A stretch of 64,000 nucleotides of DNA from an uncultured Devosia sp. (GTDB taxonomy: Bacteria > Pseudomonadota > Alphaproteobacteria > Rhizobiales > Hyphomicrobiaceae): positions 88,724 to 152,723 of the forward strand of contig CAZCGE010000134.1 of the NCBI GenBank assembly GCA_964498125.1. The letters are read 5' to 3'. Of this stretch, positions 58,024 through 64,000 are shown piece by piece (positions within the stretch are counted from its first letter, which is position 1; every line of letters starts with the position of its first letter). Made by a program: the position numbers and the translations under genes. Below the pieces are notes generated by a model, which saw only the letters and a list, made by a program, of their open reading frames with translations, had not been told where the DNA came from and did not search any database.

Positions 58024-59217
58024 TTACGCCAGCTTACACCCCGTCCCCGGATCGGCGAGGTTCGGCGCGGCGATGCCGATCACCTTGTTCTCGCCGTTGG
58101 TGACCTTGCGCAGGTACATGTTCTGCACCACGTTTTGCGATGCCGAGAACGAGATCGGCCCGCGCGGGCTGTCGATCTTGGCGGCGCGCAGGGCCTTGTA
58201 GAGGTTGGCCTCGTCCTCGATCTTGCCCTTGACCGCCTCGAGGCCCACGGCGAGCAACTGGCCCGCGTCATAGCCCTGCACGGCGTAGACGTCGGCATCG
58301 CGGCCGGCCTTGTCCTTGAAGGCCTTGCGGAACGCCGTGTTCTTGGCGTTGTCGATGCCGTCGCCGTAGTGCAGCGTGGTCTCGATGCCCTCGGCCGCGG
58401 CGCCCTGCGCGCCGAGCGTGCCCTCGGTCAGGAAGCCGGCGCCGCACAGCGGCACCTTGATGCCGGCCGCCGCGTACTCCTTGACGAACTGCACGGCGGC
58501 GCCACCGGCGAAGAACGCTCCGACGACCTCGACACCGAGGCCCTGGATCTGCGCTAAGAGCGGCTGGAAGTTGGTCTGTGGGAACGGCAGTTTCAATTCC
58601 TGCACGACCTGGCCGCCCGTGCTCTCGAGCCCCTGTTTGAAGCCGGCGCCCATGTCGTTGCCAGCCGCGTAGTCCCAGGTGATCCAGGCCGCTTTCTTGA
58701 TGCCCTTCTTGCCGAGCGTGAGCCCCATGCCGTAGGTCGTCTGCCAGTTCGAGAACGACGTGCGGAACACGTTCTTGGCACACTCGGCGCGGGTAATGAC
58801 GTCATTGCCCGCATTGGGAATGATGGTCAGCGTGCCGCTTTCCTTGACCACCTTGTGGATGCCCATCTGCACGCCGGAATGCACGGTGCCGATCAGCACG
58901 TCGACGGCATCGCGCTTGACCATGCGGTCGGCGTTCTGCGGCGCGTTCTCGGGCTTGGACTCGTCATCGAGCTTGATGATCTGCACCTCGCGACCGCCGA
59001 GCTTGCCGCCCTTTTCCGCGATCAGCAGCTCGACGGCGAACGTGATGTTCTCGCCAAGCTTGGCGAAGGTACCCGAGTAAGGCAGCATCAGCCCGACCTT
59101 CAACGGCTTGGCCTGGGCGATGGCCCAACCGGTCGGCACTGCACTGGCGACGGCGGCGGCGCCGGCGCCTTGCAGCAGGCCACGGCGCGACGGCACGATT
59201 CTCGTTCTTGAAGACAT
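58024..59217 (-). CDS. ABC transporter periplasmic substrate-binding protein (LivK / type-I PBP family), probably for aromatic acids
   Basis: An AGGGAGG ribosome-binding site precedes the ATG at 59217. The product has a Tat-like signal (MSSRTRIVPSRRGLLQGAGAAAVASAV). It is the first gene of the transporter set next to the box genes. Confidence 0.85.
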   Translation of the reverse strand: MSSRTRIVPSRRGLLQGAGAAAVASAVPTGWAIAQAKPLKVGLMLPYSGTFAKLGENITFAVELLIAEKGGKLGGREVQIIKLDDESKPENAPQNADRMVKRDAVDVLIGTVHSGVQMGIHKVVKESGTLTIIPNAGNDVITRAECAKNVFRTSFSNWQTTYGMGLTLGKKGIKKAAWITWDYAAGNDMGAGFKQGLESTGGQVVQELKLPFPQTNFQPLLAQIQGLGVEVVGAFFAGGAAVQFVKEYAAAGIKVPLCGAGFLTEGTLGAQGAAAEGIETTLHYGDGIDNAKNTAFRKAFKDKAGRDADVYAVQGYDAGQLLAVGLEAVKGKIEDEANLYKALRAAKIDSPRGPISFSASQNVVQNMYLRKVTNGENKVIGIAAPNLADPGTGCKLA

Positions 59218-59304
59218 TGATCTTCCTCCCTTTGATTTCCAACGGTTTCTTGTGCGGCCGTGGCACACTATGGCCTTTTGCAGAGCCAAGATGCGAGCCC
59301 GAAC

Positions 59305-60534
59305 TCAATACGTTTCGACATGATAGCGCCCCTCGGCGCGCATGTGCGGTTTGATCGCGGCCCAGTCGAGGCCGGCGCCGCGGCAGATATCGGCGAGCGC
59401 CTCGTCGACGCCGGCTTCCATCCCTTTCAGGCCACAGATGTAAATGTGGGTCTTGGCCTTGCGCAAGAGGGCAGTCAGGCGCCCGACCTCGACACGCATG
59501 CGGTCCTGCACGTATTCCTTGGGCCTGTCCTTGACGCGTGAGAAGACGAGATGCTGCTCGAGCAGGCTCGTCGGAACCTTCTGCAGCGGGCCGAAGTAGG
59601 GCAGCTCCTCGGGCGTGCGGGCGCCAAAATACAGCACCAGTCGGCCCGCGGCATCGGTCGGGCCTCGACGGCGGCGCTCGGTGAAGGCGCGAAACGGCGC
59701 CGAACCGGTGCCAGTGCAGATCATGACAATGTCGGCGTCGGGATCATTCGGCATCAGGAAGGTGGCGCCGAACGGCCCGGTCACGTGCACCTCGTCACCG
59801 ACCTTCAGGTCACGCATGTAGGTCGAGCCAACGCCGCCTGGCACGTGCTTGATGGTGAGGCTGACGTTGTTGGCGCCGCGTTTCTCCCCGTCGCGCGCCG
59901 AGGCAATCGAGTAGAGGCGGATGTCGTGCGGCCGGCCGTCGGCGCGCGTGCCCGGCGGGACGATGCCGATCGACTGGCCCTCCAGCACCGGCACCACGGC
60001 ATTGCCAAATGACAGCACGATGTGGCGCACGTCGCTCTCCGCGCTCGCCGCCGTGATGCGGAAGTTGCCTTGCACCGTGGCGATGGCGGGGGCGGCGCGG
60101 GTGAAAAGGTTGACCGCGGGCTTAGAGGCGGAGGCCGGCGCCACGGCCTTGCCGCCGGCCCCCTTGTGCGCCTCGGCCAGCAGCGCCTCGATCTCGGCTT
60201 CGATGGCATCGCTGCCAGCCGTTGCCGCGTCGGCCAGCTCCTCCTGCTTCGGCAGCTCGGCCCAGCCCAGCTGTTCGTCGAGCGAGAAGGCAGCCCGCAC
60301 GATGCGCCAGTTGTCGATCGAGCCGGTGGGGCAGGGTGAAATGCAGTCCATGCAGTAGTTACACTTTTCCGCGTCGACGACGTAATTGACGTCGTCGTGC
60401 GTCACCGCGCCGACCGGGCAGGTCGCTTCGCAGGTGTTGCAGCGGATGCAGATCTCGGGATCGATGAGATGCTGCTTGCGGAGGGCGGTGGGGGATGGCT
60501 CTAAGGCCTCAGTCGCAAGCATCACCGGTCTCAC
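59305..60534 (-). CDS. boxA: Benzoyl-CoA oxygenase/epoxidase reductase component BoxA (two [4Fe-4S] ferredoxin motifs plus FNR-like FAD/NADPH domain)
   Basis: The product contains ...KQHLIDPEICIRCNTCEATCPVGAVTH...KCNYCMDCISPCPTGSIDNW.... It also carries the FNR-like motifs RLYSIAS and ...MICTGTGSAPFRAF. Confidence 0.85.
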   Translation of the reverse strand: MRPVMLATEALEPSPTALRKQHLIDPEICIRCNTCEATCPVGAVTHDDVNYVVDAEKCNYCMDCISPCPTGSIDNWRIVRAAFSLDEQLGWAELPKQEELADAATAGSDAIEAEIEALLAEAHKGAGGKAVAPASASKPAVNLFTRAAPAIATVQGNFRITAASAESDVRHIVLSFGNAVVPVLEGQSIGIVPPGTRADGRPHDIRLYSIASARDGEKRGANNVSLTIKHVPGGVGSTYMRDLKVGDEVHVTGPFGATFLMPNDPDADIVMICTGTGSAPFRAFTERRRRGPTDAAGRLVLYFGARTPEELPYFGPLQKVPTSLLEQHLVFSRVKDRPKEYVQDRMRVEVGRLTALLRKAKTHIYICGLKGMEAGVDEALADICRGAGLDWAAIKPHMRAEGRYHVETY

Positions 60535-61345
60535 CGATCCGGACGAGGAAGGGAAGCTGCAGACTGGCCAGCGTTGGACGTTTGTCCATGAAGATAGAGG
60601 TCAGCTGCGGTTGTGCGTCAATAGGCTCTAATATCGCCGTTATCAGATCATTCAAGAAGCGACCCAAGTCATGCGAAGCCCCTACGATAAGGTCGTGAAA
60701 TCGCAAATGCTGCCAGTTTCTGTAGGCGCCAAAATTATCCTTGCGCCACTCTTCGTAATCCCGGCCAAACAATGAGTAGGGGTACACCAGATCCAACAAG
60801 CCAAACACTCGAGAAGCTTCGCTTGAAATATAAAGTGTGTTCCCGGTGACATGGCCCAACAACATTGAAAAATCGTCGCTCTGGACGCCCTTAACCTGCT
60901 TGCTCAGCAGCTTCTCGGTGTTGTAATGAAAGCTGAAATTGTTTCGAATCAACGACATAGGCGATCGACTTGACCTGAAATGTTTGCGTAGCCTCAGGAA
61001 GGACTTTAGCGCTTGGCGCGGAGCCTCACCACAACGCCATCGCGGATCAACAGCTCTCGGAAGAATACGATTGCATGCATCCCAGCCTTCCCAAACTTTG
61101 CCCGCAAGCAGGAGCAATGCGCAATGCCACATGACGTTTTGGGCATTTCGTTCGTGTAAGTCACCGGAGCTTTTCTCGAACCCCTGCTCGCTCACAAGTG
61201 CAAGGCGCTCAAGTAGAACAATGTCGTTGGCAATCTGAGTGGCAATCATCAATATCTTTAGATGGCTCTCCGACATACTCTGAAGGGCAGAGCCAGGATA
61301 GATCACGCTATACGCTTCGTCTTTTGGTTGCTGATTCCAGACCAT
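60509..61345 (-). CDS. Hypothetical protein of low GC (~50%) inserted between boxB and boxA (cassette 3)
   Basis: The 278 aa ORF has protein-like composition and atypical GC. No recognised family. Confidence 0.5.
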   Translation of the reverse strand: MVWNQQPKDEAYSVIYPGSALQSMSESHLKILMIATQIANDIVLLERLALVSEQGFEKSSGDLHERNAQNVMWHCALLLLAGKVWEGWDACNRILPRAVDPRWRCGEAPRQALKSFLRLRKHFRSSRSPMSLIRNNFSFHYNTEKLLSKQVKGVQSDDFSMLLGHVTGNTLYISSEASRVFGLLDLVYPYSLFGRDYEEWRKDNFGAYRNWQHLRFHDLIVGASHDLGRFLNDLITAILEPIDAQPQLTSIFMDKRPTLASLQLPFLVRIGETGDACD

Positions 61346-61451
61346 GCGAACCGATTAATCCTCCAACCCTTGCTGAGGGAGCAGACTTCCGCCCCTCACC
61401 CTAACCCTCTCACCATCGCGCGTACAGGGCGATGGTGAGAGGGGATGTCTC

Positions 61452-61490
61452 GCCCCTTCGCCACCTTCACGCAATCGAAGTCGCCCCCAA
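61452..61490 (-). repeat. Diverged copy (R3) of the boxB 3-prime terminus
   Basis: CCCCTTCGCCACCTTCACGCAATCGAAGTCGCCCCC against the authentic CCCCTTCGCCACTTTCACATACTCGAAATCGCCGCC at 63059-63095. It encodes ...GGDFDCVKVAKG with the stop lost. A perfect 15-bp-stem hairpin (CCCTCTCACCATCGC...GCGATGGTGAGAGGG) lies at 61408-61440. Confidence 0.7.
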
Positions 61491-61934
61491 TTATTGTTGT
61501 TCGATCTCGACGGTGCCGGCACCGAAGTCGAGCAGGATGAGATGAGGATAGAGCAGGCCGGTGCCGGCGAGCGCGACAGGATCGCCATCGTGAGGCGGCC
61601 TGGACCGCTCGGTGTCCGGAGCGACGAAGACGTCGACGGTCCGAGACGCGCCCATCCACGCGATCTGCGCGCGACTGGTCCAGACGTTGGTCTGACGACC
61701 GCCAGCCAATTCTACGTCTGCCTTACCATCGGAAATATCCAAGTGAAGCGCCGCGGCAACGCTTTCAGTCATGTAAAGGTCGCCATTGAATCCGGTGTCG
61801 AGCAGGGCCAAGAAGCTTTCCCTGGCAGTCACCGAGATCCGAATAAGCGGTCGCCGCCGTTCACCTATGCTTCCGAATTCAACGCCCAAAGGCCGCCTCC
61901 GAGCGTGATCGGCACGCCATGCTCGAAGGACCAA
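61491..61934 (-). CDS. Retropepsin-like (clan AA) aspartic protease domain protein (cassette 2)
   Basis: The product has the LLDTGFNGDLYMTESVAAALHLD active-site motif and a C-terminal ...GTGLLYPHLILLDFGAGTVEIE segment. Confidence 0.7.
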   Translation of the reverse strand: MVLRAWRADHARRRPLGVEFGSIGERRRPLIRISVTARESFLALLDTGFNGDLYMTESVAAALHLDISDGKADVELAGGRQTNVWTSRAQIAWMGASRTVDVFVAPDTERSRPPHDGDPVALAGTGLLYPHLILLDFGAGTVEIEQQ

Positions 61935-62308
61935 GCTGATCGACGTGCCCCGAACAAATCACCTAGTCGGTCACTCGCTGCCCAACGCTTGTTGGCAATC
62001 ACATATAGCCCGCTCGCGAAATCGACCTGCACAGCGGTGCCGTGCGCAAACTCGCGGAACCGTACCTGATGCCGCGTTCGCCACAGCTCAGCGAAGATGT
62101 GCAGGCGTGACGCGGATACGGCATCAATGGGAACGATCGGCAATCGCAAAGCCTCTGCCAAACGCGGATCGCTGCGATCAGTCACGGGCGCCCCATCGAG
62201 CAGCCCCGCACGCAGGCGGTCCCGCTCCGCCTGCACGAAGTCGCTGCCTGCGGTCGCTTCGTATGCCGTAGCGGTTTCGGCGAACCCTCCTGGGTGCGAG
62301 GTGCTCAT
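61865..62308 (-). CDS. Hypothetical protein (147 aa), partner of the retropepsin-like gene (cassette 2)
   Basis: An ORF with protein-like composition that overlaps the downstream gene by 70 bp. No recognised family. Confidence 0.45.
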   Translation of the reverse strand: MSTSHPGGFAETATAYEATAGSDFVQAERDRLRAGLLDGAPVTDRSDPRLAEALRLPIVPIDAVSASRLHIFAELWRTRHQVRFREFAHGTAVQVDFASGLYVIANKRWAASDRLGDLFGARRSAWSFEHGVPITLGGGLWALNSEA

Positions 62309-62357
62309 CGATCGCCTCCAATGCCTGTGTCGGCGTGGTCATGGGCCTCCAACCTAT

Positions 62358-62425
62358 CACCCCTTCGCCACCTTCACGTACTCGAAATCGCCGCCCTTGT
62401 TGGTGATGCAATCTTTGGTGGCGCG
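62358..62425 (-). repeat. Near-exact copy (R2) of the boxB 3-prime terminus, including the stop codon
   Basis: It encodes ...PKDCITNKGGDFEYVKVAKG* against the authentic ...PPKVGIDNKGGDFEYVKVAKG*. About 90% nucleotide identity over ~66 bp. Confidence 0.8.
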
Positions 62426-62468
62426 ATTCGATCGGACCTCACGGCGTTGACCGACCCTATTTCCCCCC

Positions 62469-62732
62469 TTATTCCGCAGCAGTGGCCTCCGCCTTTGCCT
62501 CGAGCTGTTCATGAAGCCATTGCGGTGAAAAATCGGCACCGTTGGGCCAGACGATCGTGTCGAGATCGCCATCAACGCGAAGTTTAGCGAACAGCTCGAT
62601 GCTCTTCAGTGGCTCGAACACCGTCCCCCACAGCTCATCGGCCAGATCGATCTCGCCGCTGAGGCCGTCGGCAAAGCGAAGCCAGACATTGTAGTCGCCG
62701 GCATGTCGCGCATCGATCACTTTGGGTAGCAT
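62469..62732 (-). CDS. DUF2442 family protein (cassette 1)
   Basis: The product reads MLPKVIDARHAGDYNVWLRFADGLSGEIDLADELWGTVFEPLKSIELFAKLRVDGDLDTIVWPNGADFSP, the canonical DUF2442 signature. Confidence 0.85.
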   Translation of the reverse strand: MLPKVIDARHAGDYNVWLRFADGLSGEIDLADELWGTVFEPLKSIELFAKLRVDGDLDTIVWPNGADFSPQWLHEQLEAKAEATAAE

Positions 62733-62735
62733 GTC

Positions 62736-63002
62736 TCACTCCAGCGGTGCGATTTTCTCGAAAGGCTCGCGTGCACGAATCTTCGCCCAAGCATCCTCGA
62801 GATCAGCGGTATGCAGCGGTCTCCACTCCTCGACCAGCGCCAGAACTCGCCTTGGCAGCCGTCCTTCGAGCACTCGACCGGTCGCCACATCAATCTTGGC
62901 TTTGTGCTCTCCATACTTGGCGTGAAAGTGCGACGGTGGATGGTCATTGAAATATATTGCGATGACGATACCGAAGAACCTGATGATTTCAGGCATCATC
63001 AT
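62736..63002 (-). CDS. DUF4160 family protein (cassette 1)
   Basis: The product reads MMMPEIIRFFGIVIAIYFNDHPPSHFHAKYGEHKAKIDVATGRVLEGRLPRRVLALVEEW, the canonical DUF4160 signature. It lies immediately upstream of its DUF2442 partner. Confidence 0.85.
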   Translation of the reverse strand: MMMPEIIRFFGIVIAIYFNDHPPSHFHAKYGEHKAKIDVATGRVLEGRLPRRVLALVEEWRPLHTADLEDAWAKIRAREPFEKIAPLE

Positions 63003-63057
63003 CAGCCTTGGTTGAGGCGTGGCGGAATTTGGGGTCAGACCCGCAGGACCCCGACCA

Positions 63058-64000
63058 TCACCCCTTCGCCACTTTCACATACTCGAAATCGCCGCCCTTG
63101 TTGTCGATGCCGACCTTTGGGGGCGCGATCCAGTTGGCATATTGCGCCTTCTCCCAGCACGGCTGCATCAGGCTTTCGATGAAGGCGCCGTCGTCCTTGG
63201 AGGGCAACCAGCCGTCCTTCTTCTTGTCCCACTCGATTGCCGCCATCAGTCGGCCATCAGGCGCCGACTTGACGCTCCTGAACTCGCCGATGTGGCGATG
63301 GAAGGCGACGTTGGGCAGTTTGATCTCGAATTTCACGCCCATCTTCTCGATGATCTTGTTCCAGCGGTTGATGCCGCCCTGACAGTCCCGGATGTAATCG
63401 TCGCGCAGCCGCATATTGATGGCCGACAAGGCCGGCTCGTCGACCAGCCTGGGGACGCCGCCGATCAGTTTCAGGACCGGATAGGTCGAGCTGGTCAGGA
63501 GATGGTCGTCCTCGATCTTGGTTTCCTGGAAGCGGCCCTTGAGCCCGGCGTTGTAGAAGTTCGCCGCGTTGGTCGAGACCTCCGAGCCGAACAGGTCGAG
63601 CGACAGCGCGTAATGCAAGTTGGCCTTCTTCTGCAGGGTGGGCAGGTCGACGACGCCGAGCTTGCGCACGCGCTCGATGTCGTTGGGATCCTCGATGCCG
63701 GCCTTCTTCATCGCCTCGCAGGTGCGCTCGATGACGCGGCCGACGCCGGTCTCGCCGACGAAGAGGTGATGCGCCTCCTCGGTCAGCATGAACTGGGTCG
63801 AGCGCGCGAGCGGGTCGAAGGCCGACTCGGCCAGCGCGGCGAGCTGGTACTTGCCGTCGCGGTCCGTGAACATCGTGAAGCAGAAGAACGCGAGCCAGTC
63901 CGGGCAGGGCTTGTTGAAGGCGCCGAGGATGCGCGGATGGTCCTTGTGGCCCGAGCGGCGCGTGAGCATGTCCTCCGCCTCCTCGCGCCCGTCCCTGCCG
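63058..64000 (-). CDS. boxB: Benzoyl-CoA oxygenase component B (diiron BoxB). Partial: the C-terminal ~303 aa; the N-terminus lies beyond the window end.
   Basis: The C-terminus reads ...WIAPPKVGIDNKGGDFEYVKVAKG*. It lies upstream of boxA in the operon. Confidence 0.8.
   Translation of the reverse strand, partial: GRDGREEAEDMLTRRSGHKDHPRILGAFNKPCPDWLAFFCFTMFTDRDGKYQLAALAESAFDPLARSTQFMLTEEAHHLFVGETGVGRVIERTCEAMKKAGIEDPNDIERVRKLGVVDLPTLQKKANLHYALSLDLFGSEVSTNAANFYNAGLKGRFQETKIEDDHLLTSSTYPVLKLIGGVPRLVDEPALSAINMRLRDDYIRDCQGGINRWNKIIEKMGVKFEIKLPNVAFHRHIGEFRSVKSAPDGRLMAAIEWDKKKDGWLPSKDDGAFIESLMQPCWEKAQYANWIAPPKVGIDNKGGDFEYVKVAKG

Noticed and set aside
61396-62575. Small ORFs at 61396-61659 and 62357-62575 ending in ...VKVAKG
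   Set aside because: These are reading frames running through the duplicated boxB 3-prime-end repeats (R3, R2), not independent genes.
61452-63125. Diversity-generating retroelement (TR/VR) explanation for the boxB-end repeats
   Set aside because: No reverse transcriptase nearby. Differences between copies are not adenine-specific. Copies are separated by cargo genes in tandem rather than a single TR.
1-64000. tRNA/rRNA genes and CRISPR arrays
   Set aside because: No tRNA-like T-arm/acceptor signatures and no regularly spaced short repeats were seen on either strand.

Overview
This is a high-GC (~65%) alphaproteobacterial chromosomal segment. The gene content looks Bradyrhizobium/Rhodopseudomonas-like: HdaA, PPK1/PPX, many Bug/TctC binding proteins, and a purM neighbourhood.

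Core loci, in order:
- a partial GGDEF-EAL protein
- tctCBA with an adjacent OmpR/EnvZ-like pair, a MarR regulator and ilvE
- a GDP-mannose pyrophosphorylase
- a soluble histidine kinase followed by a HerA/DUF87-like ATPase
- a catabolic operon (maleylacetate reductase with an apparent frameshift, amidohydrolase, HIBADH-like and Gfo/Idh/MocA dehydrogenases)
- a large Na+/solute-symporter-fused hybrid sensor kinase (CrbS-like) followed by formamidase and a Bug binding protein
- mscL
- a tandem DUF488 pair in a three-gene operon
- dnaK-dnaJ, alkB and a flotillin gene
- a low-GC islet with an Arch_ATPase-type AAA ATPase and an IS1-family transposase
- a PQQ sugar dehydrogenase, a VOC protein and purM
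- a DUF2066 protein, pgsA, an AI-2E transporter and hdaA
- a GH25 lysozyme, then ppk, ppx and cbpA
- an aerobic benzoyl-CoA (box) cluster: benzoate-CoA ligase, livFGMHK-type ABC transporter, boxA and partial boxB

The most unusual feature is between boxB and boxA. Three cargo modules sit in tandem there: a DUF4160/DUF2442 pair, a retropepsin-like protease with a partner gene, and an AT-rich orphan gene. The first two are each followed by a degenerate copy of the last ~45-70 bp of boxB. This looks like serial site-specific accretion of integrase-less cassettes at an att site in the boxB 3-prime end.

A second notable signal is a 186-bp non-coding element present twice (4215-4400 and 52344-52529), both times in a convergent intergenic gap. 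REP-like GGGGTCAGACCC hairpins and a dense cluster of perfect palindromes downstream of hdaA are also present.
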